Shown here in pieces: positions 21,884-33,803 of a stretch of 64,000 bases of DNA. Source of the stretch: Amoebophrya sp. A120 (taxonomy: Eukaryota > Protista > Dinoflagellata); assembly GCA_905178155.1 (NCBI GenBank), contig CAJINV010000001.1, positions 4,364,233-4,428,232 on the forward strand, written 5' to 3'. The position numbers and the translations under genes were made by a program. The notes beneath the pieces are model-generated. The model was not told the DNA's origin. It worked only from the letters and a program-made list of their open reading frames with translations, and made no database searches. Each line of letters begins with the position of its first letter. Positions within the stretch are counted from its first letter, which is position 1.

Positions 21884-24800
21884 TCAGCCTCCCCCCGGAT
21901 CCGGCTCTGCTGGGCGACCAGCCGCGGACTCAACATCTTGCTGCTGCATGCTAGCGTCGCTGTCGTCGGGTGGCCCTTTGCTTGCGGATGCCATTTCTAC
22001 GTCGTCCGCACGACTAGTGCGGTCCCCATTTGACGACATAGACCCGTTCATGCGCATCGGCGATCTGATTTCGCCTGCAATGGGGAGAGCGCTCGGCTTC
22101 GCTCCCCCTGCCCCGTGAGCAGATGATCCGGACGAACTCGCCCCGTTCATCAAGTGCGGCTGGTGGTCCAGTATCTCACCTTCGAGATTCAGTGGCGGCA
22201 CGGGCGGCGGATCGCGGTAGTATTTCGACTGCTTGAACGCGGCCCAATTGCCGTGGTAGACGTCCACAAACTGCCACGACATTCGCTGCACCGCCTCGTC
22301 CTCGGGGACAGATATCTCGTCCGGGCGCAGGTCGCTTTCTTCCTGCCCCTGGGGACTGTCGCAGTCGAGGCCGACCTGCAGAAAAAGCATCGCCAAATGT
22401 ATCATGAATTTCGTCTCTAATTCTACTCCTTCTGCACGATACGCTATTACTGTAGTCTGCAACAAAGCATTGACCGCTGTTTTCATCGTGATTTGGTTCT
22501 TTCGAAAAGATCAAGATGAACTACGAAATATACCCGGCACACCGCGGATTGGTCGTTTGGATCGGGGTTCAGCACGCCATGAAAGTGAGTAAACAGTGCC
22601 CAAACCCGCGCATTGACGCCCATAAAGTCAAATTTAACTTTCAAGTTCTTCCTCGGCTTGCCGACAGGGTTTTCCTGCGTTGGGGGCTCGAACAACCTGG
22701 ATAAAGATGTAATTCCAATAGAAAACACAAAACAGATGGTGCCAATCATGTGAGACGCAATTGGGCATGATGCATCGTCCGCAAGTCAAGCACCAATAGA
22801 AATCAGCGAAACACTTATATATAGCAAAAACCTGTAGTTCGTGACTTTCAGTGGTGCGATCATCTCGGACACGTCGGATATGGGGTCGGATTTGACGTAC
22901 CGCTTCCATTGGTGCACCCAATTCGCGTCAACGAGGTACCAAAATTCGCCGTCCCCGGTGTCTTTCGTGTCGTACCGCGAGACGAGTTGGAACTCCTGCA
23001 CTTTTCGCTGATTGTAGGCTTTAATCCACTGCATCGATTTTTCGCAAATTTTCACCGAACGCAAGCAGGGCCCGCCACCGTACCGCCGCTGCAGCTCGTA
23101 GTACACCTCCTCGGCTATTGGAATAAACTGTAGTGGTGTTGTTGTATGTATTTTTTCTGCAACTTCATCGAGTTCCACAAACCATAACCAACCATCCAGA
23201 ACATAAGTTTCATATGCCAAGTGCGCTTCTCGTGCAGCTACACACTGCGAAGCAAAATCAATTTTGTCCGGCGTTGCGAAAATGTTCCAATACCTTTTGG
23301 CAGATCACCTCTACTCTGGAGCAGCCCACGTAGCCGTGCGCTGACAGAAATTGGTGGTTGTCGATGGGTCCGGGATCTGACATGGTGCGGCACCTGACAT
23401 ACCACCGTCGGCTTATGAAGACCACTTTTCCCAATTCCGGTGGCGGCCGCTCGTAGATTTGCGGCATGGAGACTACCTTGCTGCTCTGCAGACCCGGTGA
23501 CGCGGTCGAGGACGTTGCCGCGCTCGTGCCCACCAACAGCGGGCTATGCTGCGCGGCCGGATTGCTCGCGCCGCCCTGGTGAAAAGAACTACTTTGCAGC
23601 GATGGATTGTTGGTCGCGGACAAAGCTCCGGCGACGGAGGTACGCAACAGATCCATGATCTGGTCCTGGAGCTGCTTGTAGGAATCTTTCAACTTTCTCT
23701 TCTCCTCCTCGTGAAAATCGCCGGGGGAAATCTTCTGGTAAAATAGCACGTACGGCTCCGCGTGCTTCACCTGTTCCTCATTTGATATGTTGACGCGCGC
23801 GTCGTCAAACTCCAGCCAGTCGTTCGGCCTTTTTGCGTGCCGGCAGTACGCTATGTAGTGCCCGCCGCCCATGTTTCCCGAGTGCTGAATCAAACCGATC
23901 AGTCGGTATTTCGTGCCGCCAGAAGCGGCAGAGGTGGCAGTCGAGCTACTACTCCCGCCGCTGGTGTTATTGTTCTTGCTGTTTTTGCGATCACCACTCT
24001 GGCTGGAGGCTTCTCGCTTGCGGTTAGGGTCCAAATGTTGTGCCATGCAGAGCTCTTGTATCGGAAAACTCACCGGCTTCGTGTTTTTGTTCCCGAACCA
24101 GCCGTTGCTGTAGGAAAACCGCTTCAGATGGATCGCGAGGATCTCTGGCAGCTCCTTGATATACATCACCTTCTCCCCGTTGGATTTTTTCTTGCATTTC
24201 TCGCAGTCGTATTGCTCCGTACCTTTGGGTTTCATTTGCGATAAGAAACAATAATCGAGACTTTTTGCAAGCTCACTAGTGCTGCATCACTCAGGAGGAC
24301 CACCAGCTTTTTTCGACAAGATCTCAATGCGCTACAGAACCTCTTACCTGTCAACTGCTCCGGCTCGCAAAACTTCCGAATGCAGTCGTCGAGCGCGATG
24401 CCCCGGTCGTGAAACGCGCTCATGACCTGTTTCCCGAAGCTCTGCAGCATAGACCCGACCCGAGCCGCGGAGAAGGAGTTTGTGAGCGGACTCGCCTGCT
24501 TGCCGCCTTGGTCCGCCGGCGACCCGGCTCGGCCGCCGCCCTGCGTGGGTGGCAGGGGCTCATTCGGTATGGGGACGGAAATATCGAAGATTTGTTCGAT
24601 CGTGTGTGACTTGTTGCCGCATTCCAGGCAGGTGATAGTGGACTGCAGTGACCCACCGAAAACCTCCGAAACAATGGAGGAATCGCAGTAGAGGTTCTCT
24701 TGCTCGTTTTCATTTGACGTGTCTGCCGCAATCTTGCTGCTGCTGCGGCTCGCCATTGCTTGCTGGTGATGAAGGGGGACGGCCTGCGCAGGCATTTTTG

Positions 24801-26584
24801 GTTGATCTTGAATGTAGTGGTAAATACGAACGCAAAACATTTAGGCTTTCTTCAAGAAACTGATCATATCTAGGTGTGACAGCATGTTAAATCACTACCT
24901 TTTTCCTGGAAGGCGAATTGACAATGTCCTGCGCGTAGTTTTGCTCGTAGTCATCTGCGGACTTTCTTGCAGGCGGTATTACAAACAAAAATGCCCCCAC
25001 CCCCGAACTTGGGAGCATTTGTATTGCAAACCTTTCCAAATGAAACATTCGCCCTCTTGCATCTATCAGCATCACAGGTTTTCAGTCGTGAATAGCAAAA
25101 ATTTGTATTGCAAAAGACCCCAGCAAGAGTGGCGCTTGTCATGCAAGCGATGCGATACACGTCTAAAATCTGCATCAGAAAGATTCATACTCCTTTCATG
25201 CATGACAAAAAGTTTTCATGTGGAAACTTCGCATCACAAATTTTTGCAATTCCAGGGGTGGGGGGCACTTTTCACTGTGATAGGCGGCAAAAACGGAAAC
25301 CGGTTCACCCCGTCGTCGGCCGCGTATCCTGAGTAAAAACGTACCCACACCAGAGTCAGGATGGGGAATCTGCTAGACAAATCAGCCAGCTTTGGTTGTT
25401 TGGCATGACAAGTTTGTCCGCGTATTGTAGTGCTGTTTGAGCTAGTTTAGCAGCATTACAGATCTAGTATCTCGCGCTGATTGGAGCATGACAAATTTCA
25501 AAACCGCATTAGAAAATGCTTCTCATGGGGCTCCGCATGAGAAACAATTTAAGCATGCAGAGTTGCATGACAACTATGGTGTGGGTACGTTTTTACTCAG
25601 GATACCGCGTTTCGATAACTTTGTGGGGTTTTGCTTCCGCTGGGTGGGCCGGCAGCGTGTGCGACGGCGTAGGTGGACGGCGACTCTAGGTGGTTGTACT
25701 CTTCTTGGCAAAATTTCAGCGCGTTCCGTGGTATTCGCGTTTTAGAGTATGGAATAGTCAAGCACGCCCTGTTCTCTTGGGAAGAAGAAGATGGCACGGC
25801 TTTTCAGAATTCTTTTTCAAAATGACTTTTCGACGTTTCCAGTTCTTTCCTTATCCGCTAGATAGAAGCGAAGGAGCACTACGTACAAACAGAAATTCAC
25901 CTGGTTCTTTGTTTCTTACTTTCCCCACGTTTCCCTGCTAAAAGGCCGTGCGTGAACAAACGCCTAGAAGCCGAGGGCATGTGACTGATAAGACTACCCG
26001 CGTAGGAGCTCTTCGTGGACGCAGTCCAGTAGGGTCCGGAGGAATTCCTGCGTGTCGTGTTGCTGCGAACCCTGGTACATGTTGTTGTAGTGGCCCAGGG
26101 TGTGAATGAAGTCAATCGGCTCGCAAGCCCGCCCGTTGAACGTTTCGCCCCAGTTTTTTTCAAACACTTCATACAACTGGTGAACCTGAAGAAAGGTTGA
26201 TTTTTTCGAAATTTTCAAATACTAACGTGACCAGGAAGGATCACAAATACGAGGACCCTCTGCAAGACCTTACTTCAGCAAACTACTGAGAAAAAGACAC
26301 ATGCGCTGGCAGTTGACGACGTGTTCTTGTACCAGCTTCTTCTGATTGTTCCACTTTCGCATCTCCTCCTGCGTCGGGTGCTGGTAGCATTTCCGGAACC
26401 ATTTCTGAAAGGGCTGGCTGTGTGACAAGCACTGCAGCGCGGAGTTCATGTAGCACGTGTTCCCCAGGTTCACCAAACCCATACATCCTTTCAGCCTGTC
26501 CTTCTGGGATTTGTTCGTCCCGTTGCCACGGTAAGATGACCCGCGGCCCCGGTTATGCAGCCCCACCTGGTGGCCGTTTTGCAT
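21884..26584 (-). CDS. Ubiquitin-specific protease with two C-terminal DUSP-like domains (USP20/USP33-like); multi-exon, further 5' exons possible to ~27470
   Basis: Cys box GLVNLGNTCYMNSALQCL; QQHDTQEF; LPEILAIHLKRF; His box HSGNMGGGHYIAY..WLEFDD. DUSP-like FISRRWY..PGPIDN and WYLVDANWVHQW. Confidence 0.9.
24977..25282. mobile_element. Introner family F6, 306 bp
   Basis: TIR TAT.ACA...AAAARTGCCCCC(C)ACCCC. TSD GGCGG. Removal (311 nt) gives FLPP/ARKS. Confidence 0.9.
25325..25604. mobile_element. Introner family F2, 280 bp
   Basis: TIR TATCCTGAGTAAAAACGTACCCACACCA. TSD CCGCG. Removal (285 nt) gives YRNA/ADDG. Confidence 0.95.
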
Positions 26585-27581
26585 GTTGTGGCCTGGTGCC
26601 CCGCGTGCTGCTACACTACTAGGGAATCGTACCCCTACCCGCGAAGCACTACGCGAGGATTATATGATGACAGTTACGTCATGGTCATTTGAAACAATGG
26701 TTCGTGGAGTTTTACGAAACCGCGTTGGACAACGTAATTTTCACATTATCGGGATTAGATACGACCAATCGAAATGCTGCGTGAAGGACGAAAACGGAGA
26801 CGACACTTAGCAAACACGATCTTTACAGCATTCCCACCTCCAAGGAAACAGCACAACAATAACAAACAAAAACTTACTGCACCAGCAAATAAAACAAAAG
26901 CAAAACCTTCGACGAGCAATCAAAAGAAACAACGCAAGGGCAAGGCATTGATTCACGAAGCAAAGCGGAAAGAGAAACACTTATTGCGAGGATGAAAAAA
27001 ACAACTTTTATTCTGCAAAGCCACTGTTGACGACAAAGGTACTCCTTAAACGGTACAGCACAAATCACCAGATCTTCCGAATCGAGACGAAGACAGGGAA
27101 GCGCTTCCGCCTTTGATAAGCAGAGCTTCGAATCAGATGGAGCGAAGCCAGTCAGTCTGGCCTGCGTAATTGGAGAAGGGCGGTTCATCATGTTCGCGAA
27201 ACAAAGATTAAAACGCGTGTGTTCGTTCTGTCGGTCTCTTTATTTTTCGCAAGAAAAATGTTTAATGAATCCGCCCGCCACGCGTGCACAGTTTCCTGCG
27301 CCACTTCGTGCTGGGGTTGCCTGCTTTCTGTCTCCTCCGCTTATGCCAGTGCCCCTTGTGCTTGCGGCAATGGATCGAGGGACCCGGCTCGTTGTACTCG
27401 GCGTCCTTGTCCTCATCCAGCAGGCCCACATTGTACTCGGACACGGGATCTGATTTTGATTGCGTGTTCATGACCATCAACTAACATCGCATTGGTTCGA
27501 GGACTAGGACGGCAAAATCAAATAAAAATTCGTTGGGTTTCGAAGTGAATCAAATCTGTCTCATGGGGATCCTTGTTGTGA

Positions 27582-28868
27582 CTAAAAACAAAGAAAAAGC
27601 GAAGTCACTCCACCTGCGTCAATGATATCGAGGCCAGCAAGCGTAACAGGAACGACACCGGTGCTGAGGTCCTCGTCAGCTGGCTCGATTGCACCTACTA
27701 CTGTCACAGGCTCCAGCTCTGCTTCTGGCACAACGGAAGCTTGCGCCTCCCACTCAGCGTCAGGACTAGCAACAGCGCCCCCGAACTGCTTCTCAACCAC
27801 AGCCAATATCTCAGCGGTAGGACCACGAGCAGCTGCAACACCGCGTGCTGTCGGCGCGTCTTGACCGGAACGAATTTTTTCGCTGTCGTTCTGTTCCGCC
27901 AGCTCCTCGGTCGGACTGTCACCCGATTGTGGTACAACCAAATCGGCGCTCGAGTTTGTTGAGGCTACTACAGGACGAACGCCTCTCTCTTCTTTTTCGG
28001 GCGGTTCCTCGCGCCCAGATGCGTCGGCTCGCGACGTTCTTCCCGAACTGGAGGAGGATACACGACCGGCAGATCCCGGCCCGGCTCGGTCTGGTCGATT
28101 GTTTTTCAGATTTAAGTCGTAGTCGCCCTGAAACAGGTCGTCGTAGTCGTCCAGCGCACTGTCGAAATCCTCTAGCCGGGCGAACTGCTCGTTCAGCGAC
28201 CGACGCCCAAGAACCGCGGTATGGAGAGAAAAAAGTGTTTACAGTTACACATTTGTTGGAGTTTCTGCATCACAAATTTTCTCTGTGTGGCAGATAATGC
28301 AAAGATCATAAGGGAAAACAGGAAGGAAACGACAACGAGGCTCCCAAGCATTTCCTGCATGAGAAAGGTTGTCTGTCTTGCGGTCCTGCAACACAATGTG
28401 TAACTGTAACACTTTTTTCTCACGATACGCGGGGAGCGCGTTGTAGTCCTGCATCGCTTTCACGTGAGCGACGAACTCTTGACGGGCTGTTGTAGTGTAT
28501 ATTCAAATGGAAACTCAGAAAGATGCTTTAGCTCTTCATGGTCGTAATATCGCTGCAGCTACAACGCATTTGAAGATGAAAACCGACGAGACGGAGAAAT
28601 TGCAATTGCAACATCATCAAGCAGCTGCATAGGCTGCATATCATCCTCTATAGTCAAACTCTGTTCGTCCGGGCCTACCTTGTCTCTCCATGAGCAGATG
28701 CGTCCTCCCATACGGGTCGAGTTGGTGGGGTATGCGGATGAAATTTGGCTTGCGCTTTATCGAAGCTGCACTGGATGACACCGCACCCGAGGACGACGAC
28801 GAAGAGCTGCTGGAGGACCGAGCAACGACCAGCTGCGCCACTGCCAGCTGCTTGCTACGCGACGACAT
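27582..28868 (-). CDS. Hypothetical protein (at least one ordinary intron plus one introner)
   Basis: Frame is open from 28463 to 27582 after removing 213 nt (NALPA/VLGRR). Upstream exon begins MSSRSKQ at 28868. Confidence 0.6.
28220..28427. mobile_element. Introner family F3, 208 bp
   Basis: TIR TAT....GAGAAAAAAGTGTT(T)ACAGTTACACATT. TSD CGCGG. Confidence 0.95.
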
Positions 28869-29122
28869 GCTTTTTATGTTGCTTGGTGGAAAAGCTGGAG
28901 GATAGAGCAAGCACTAAGGTGTGCGCATAAAGTTTGCCGTCAGGGCTGAAAAGCTAAAGAGCAGATTTGTCGCAAACATTAGCAATAAAATTCAAACACA
29001 TATTTGAGCTCACAGAAATTCAAAACACAAATAAGGAGAAGGACTGGCTTGGGAAAGACATATAAATGGCTTGAAGGCGAAGGGCCACGAGAAGTACGAC
29101 TCTTTCGCGACACGAACAAAAA

Positions 29123-30285
29123 AAACAAACCACATCAACAATGACCGCCACCGGATCATTGAGCTAGGATCTATTGCTAGGATCTGCATGTGAAAGAACT
29201 TAAGCCGGACAACACCCTTTTTCCGTTGGCCTTGGCTTCGTGCTGCAAAAGCAGGACATCGAAAGGAGCGAAGATGAACACTGGCGGGAGTGAAGCGACA
29301 TACATTATTCTCACCACTGCGCGCCGCCAGTGAGTTAGTGCCAAAGTTATGAAATCAATGGTGCGCGTAAAGGTGCATTTGCTTCGCAAAGGTGAAAGTC
29401 TAGTTTTCATTGTGGATATGGCTACACTGCAAACCCCTCTTTCGCGGCGATGATAAGACTGAAGAGAAGCGCTACTTGCTTTTTTCCAAAAATCTCTTCC
29501 CAGCAAGTCAATCGCAATTGTTCAACAAGCTGCAACATTCATTTTCATGGCTCCCATCTAGGTTGCAATTGAGGATGATAGCGACGGCGGCAACGTTGTG
29601 CTATATCGGGTCTCATGACTCCCACTGTTCAACAAACTCCTCTGTGACTCACCGAAAAAATCCACCACTTACACGCGAACCTGCGCCTGGGTGTACTTTT
29701 CGAAACAAACCACATCAACAATGACCGCCACCGGATCATTGAGCTAGGATCTATTGCTAGGATCTGCATGTGAAAGAACTTAAGCCGGACAACACCCTTT
29801 TTCCGTTGGCCTTGGCTTCGTGCTGCAAAAGCAGGACATCGAAAGGAGCGAAGATGAACACTGGCGGGAGTGAAGCGACATACATTATTCTCACCACTGC
29901 GCGCCGCCAGTGAGTTAGTGCCAAAGTTATGAAATCAATGGTGCGCGTAAAGGTGCATTTGCTTCGCAAAGGTGAAAGTCTAGTTTTCATTGTGGATATG
30001 GCTACACTGCAAACCCCTCTTTCGCGGCGATGATAAGACTGAAGAGAAGCGCTACTTGCTTTTTTCCAAAAATCTCTTCCCAGCAAGTCAATCGCAATTG
30101 TTCAACAAGCTGCAACATTCATTTTCATGGCTCCCATCTAGGTTGCAATTGAGGATGATAGCGACGGCGGCAACGTTGTGCTATATCGGGTCTCATGACT
30201 CCCACTGTTCAACAAACTCCTCTGTGACTCACCGAAAAAATCCACCACTTACACGCGAACCTGCGCCTGGGTGTACTTTTCGAAA
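29123..30285. repeat. Tandem duplication, 580-bp unit, two copies
   Basis: 29123-29705 matches 29703-30285. Identical ORFs at 29177-29506 and 29757-30086. Confidence 0.95.
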
Positions 30286-31034
30286 GCCTGCGCGAACATG
30301 GTGTCCTGAACCGGCTTCCGCGTGAACAAGTGGTCCTCGGCGAATTGGATCTGCACCTTTTTCTCCTTCGGTTCTTTCGCCGGCGCAGCCTTCACCTCCT
30401 TCACCTCTTTCTGCTTCGGCTCCGACTTCGCGGTCATTCCGTCGGCCTGCTGGTCCAGCGAGATCGCCTCTTCGGACGTGAAATCGACGAACAGAAACCG
30501 GCCCGCCGCGCCCACGTGGGTGAGAAATGTTACCAGTTCGTCCGAAGTGATGCCGGTCGTGAAGTCGTTCTGCATGGGGTGGAACAGACAGGTTTTCTGC
30601 TTGAATTTCTCGTCCAGCAACAACGTGACCTCCTTGGCGCTCTCGTTCATCATGACAAACGGGTTCACGCTGCCCCGGGGGATCTGCAGAACCTCATCGA
30701 AAATGTTCTCCGCGGCCAGGCGGAGGGGCGCGGACGCCTTGATGCCCAATCGGGCGGAGAGCTTCTTGTTATCCACCTCGGTGTCGACTGCGACGCAGAC
30801 GAGGAAGAGTTTGTCCTTCAGCGGGCCGCCCTTGCTCGGCACCTTGAAGAACAGGTTTTTCGCCTGGACGATGGAACTTTCCTCGCCAAACGTTTTCTCT
30901 TCTTTCGCGGACTTCAACTGCTCGGTGTGCACCTCGCAGGTGGGACAGGCTTCGTGTTGGATGGTCTTGGTCGATTTCAAGTCCAGGGTCTTGAAAACCG
31001 CCAACAGCTGGTCCTTCGAGGTGGAGGTCGCCAT
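30249..31034 (-). CDS. ProX/PrdX (YbaK-family) aminoacyl-tRNA deacylase, PRORSD1-like
   Basis: Motifs KNLFFK, LRLA, LQIPRGSVNPF, LLLD and FHPMQNDFTTGITSDELVTFL. Confidence 0.85.
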   Translation of the reverse strand: MATSTSKDQLLAVFKTLDLKSTKTIQHEACPTCEVHTEQLKSAKEEKTFGEESSIVQAKNLFFKVPSKGGPLKDKLFLVCVAVDTEVDNKKLSARLGIKASAPLRLAAENIFDEVLQIPRGSVNPFVMMNESAKEVTLLLDEKFKQKTCLFHPMQNDFTTGITSDELVTFLTHVGAAGRFLFVDFTSEEAISLDQQADGMTAKSEPKQKEVKEVKAAPAKEPKEKKVQIQFAEDHLFTRKPVQDTMFAQAFEKYTQAQVRV

Positions 31035-31997
31035 TTTTGTGGAAAGTGGAATTGGGTGGTGTTTTTGTCGAGGGTAGGTCGATGAAAATGCACGTCTGTA
31101 GGGAAAAATAGGAGACTTTGCTAGAAAAAGAATAACTCGGGAGAATGATAAAGTTAGACGCTTACAGTAAAACTGCTGCGAGCGAGGCTGCGAAATCAAA
31201 GGGATGCCGTTGGAACAAACACCACGAAAAATCATATGCCACCTGAAGAGTAAGACGGTCGTGATGTGTTCTTTACTAGGCTGCAATCGATTTCGTGTTC
31301 GTTTTATTCCGAAGTGGAGATCGCCACAAATGAAGAAGATGTAGTTGAAGCGATGCGGATCCGTGAAATGAGGACCGCACGATCAGGCGGGCACGGAATT
31401 TTTTCCGCTTCTATTTATTCAAAAGATCGGTCAGGGTCGGATTTACGCTTCTATGTTTTGATCTGTACACCAGAGCTGAACTTTGATTCTTCCAACCAAA
31501 AGAACCGCATGCGGTAACTGTCGTGATCCATTTTGATCTGTTTCTTCTCTCTTCTTTATGAATGTGGTGCAACATCCTCATCCTCTGCAACTGTGATTCC
31601 ATTAGATACACAATCAAAAGCATCCGATGGCTCACCATCACCGGGTGCAACGTGCAATTTCAAACACCATCACCACGATTCCGACAAAGTGAAAACGTGA
31701 ATGACAAAGGGGAACGGTCATATTCGTTCGACAAACAAAATTGCGTGCGTATCGTGCCCTTGCTTCGGGACACCGCTAGCTCGGAGATTGTAGAATCAAA
31801 GTCACTTTCCGAGGAGTGAATGTCGGACTCGGAACAGCCAAAGTAACACTGAAGATTTGAATCGGTTCGATTCTAAGCCTTGGATGATTTGAATCTGTTC
31901 GATTCTGAGCCAAAGTAAAAACTAAAATTATCATTTAAACATAAGGTGCTTGTAAACATCAAGGAATACGAGAAAGATCAAAAGGTCAGAAAGAGTT

Positions 31998-33803
31998 CTA
32001 CTCAAATCGGCCCAGCACGCGTTTGGCCTCGCCACCGTCGCCCTCGACATCAGCAGAGCCAACCGGCTGCGCGCGTTTGTTCAGTTTCGGCAGTTCTTTG
32101 CGCGAGCCAGGCAGCTCCACTCCCCGCTTCCATTCAGCTGCGTACCTTGTTCCGCAGGATGTCGTGTATGTTCCGGCGCCGTGGCGGTTGCCCTGCTCCC
32201 ACTGGCCGTCGTACCGGTCTCCGGTTTCGTGAAAGTAGAACGTCCCCTGGCCGTGCTCTAGACCGCCTTCCCACTGGCCCTCGTACCTGTCTCCGTTGGC
32301 AAAGGCGAGCGACCCCGCGCCGCTGAAGTCGTCCTCGTGGAACTGCCCAGTGTACGTATATCCGTTTTCACCGGTCGTAAGAGTCCCCTGGCCGTGCATC
32401 TCGTTTTTCTTCCACTGGCCCTCGTACGTAGCCCAGCCTGGACAGGTTATAGCCCCGCCACCGTGTCTCTCGCCTTCCCGCCACTGGCCTTCATATTTTT
32501 CCCCGTCTGGAAAGGTCTGGACCCCCTCACCGTGCGCGTGGCCGTCCTGCCACTGGCCTTCGTACCTCTCCCCGTCGGGACTTGTGTACACCCCGTCGCC
32601 GTGTCTCGTGCCGTCCCGCAACTGGCCTTCATATTTTTCTCCGTTTGGAAAGGTCTCGACTCCTTCACCGTGCCTGATGCCGTCCTGCCATTGACCTTCG
32701 TATTCTTCTCCGTCAGGAAAGGTCTCGACTCCTTCACCGTGCCTCGCGCCGTCCCGCCACTGGCCTTCGTATTTTTCTCCACCCCGAAAGGTCTCGACTC
32801 CTTTACCATGCCTGACGCCGTCCTGCCACTGACCTTCGTATTTTTTGCCATTTGGGAAGGTCTCGACACCTTTGCCGTGCTTGCTGCCGTCCTGCCATTG
32901 GCCTTCGTACTTCTCCCCGCCGGGACGAGTGTAAACCCCGGCGCCATGGCGGTTTCCCTCGCGGAACCGACCGCGGTACTGTGCGCCGTCCGGAGACGTT
33001 TGGGTTCCTAATCTGTGTTCGGATCCGTTCTCAAACTGGCCTTCGTATTTCCAGCCGTCTGGAGTAACGCGGACTCCTTCGCCATTCAGACATCCCGAAT
33101 CCCACCAGCCCTCGAGTCGGGTCCCGTCTGCGTAGAGGTAGGTCCCTCTACCGTGGAAGGTATCGCTGTCGAACTCGCCTTCGTATTTCGCCCCGTCGGG
33201 CGCGATCAGAGTCCCCTCGCCGGTTCTTTCGCCGTTTTCCCACTGGCCATTGTAATGTTCGCCGTCCGGACACGTTCGCGTCCCCTCGCCGTGTGGCTTT
33301 CCATTCCTCCACTGGCCTTGGAATACATCTCCGTCCGGATCGGTGACGGCCCCGTCTCCTTCCATCACGCCGGATGCCCACTGGCCCTCCCAACGGGTCC
33401 CGTCATCGCCAAACATGATTCCTTCCCCGTGGAATTCTCCTCCAACGAACTGGCCTTCGTACTCCATGTCCGTCACGTCGTCCTTGATGATGAGGGTCCC
33501 CTTGCCATGCCGTTTTCCGCTCGCCCATTGGCCGTTGTACTGTTCCCCGTTCGACGAGTACCGCATCCCTTCACCATGAATCTGCCCATCAAGAAACTGG
33601 CCATGATACGTTTCTCCAGATGCGAAGGTCCAAACCCCTTCGCCATGCATTGTGCCCAACGCCCACTGGCCCTCGTACTTCCCGCCACAAACAAAAACAC
33701 AAGTTCCTTTCCCGTGCGGGCAGCCCCCCTTGCATTGGCCACGATAGTGATCTCCATCAGCGTCTTCCTCTCTGCATTGCCCCTGAACATCTAATGGGTT
33801 CAT
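31998..33803 (-). CDS. MORN-repeat protein (601 aa)
   Basis: Many 23-aa YEGQWxDGxxHGxG repeats. Confidence 0.92.
   Translation of the reverse strand: MNPLDVQGQCREEDADGDHYRGQCKGGCPHGKGTCVFVCGGKYEGQWALGTMHGEGVWTFASGETYHGQFLDGQIHGEGMRYSSNGEQYNGQWASGKRHGKGTLIIKDDVTDMEYEGQFVGGEFHGEGIMFGDDGTRWEGQWASGVMEGDGAVTDPDGDVFQGQWRNGKPHGEGTRTCPDGEHYNGQWENGERTGEGTLIAPDGAKYEGEFDSDTFHGRGTYLYADGTRLEGWWDSGCLNGEGVRVTPDGWKYEGQFENGSEHRLGTQTSPDGAQYRGRFREGNRHGAGVYTRPGGEKYEGQWQDGSKHGKGVETFPNGKKYEGQWQDGVRHGKGVETFRGGEKYEGQWRDGARHGEGVETFPDGEEYEGQWQDGIRHGEGVETFPNGEKYEGQLRDGTRHGDGVYTSPDGERYEGQWQDGHAHGEGVQTFPDGEKYEGQWREGERHGGGAITCPGWATYEGQWKKNEMHGQGTLTTGENGYTYTGQFHEDDFSGAGSLAFANGDRYEGQWEGGLEHGQGTFYFHETGDRYDGQWEQGNRHGAGTYTTSCGTRYAAEWKRGVELPGSRKELPKLNKRAQPVGSADVEGDGGEAKRVLGRFE

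Noticed and set aside
31905-31914. TTTGGCTCAG on the minus strand resembling a dinoflagellate spliced-leader relic
   Set aside because: Short, imperfect, part of a local short repeat and not upstream of a start codon.
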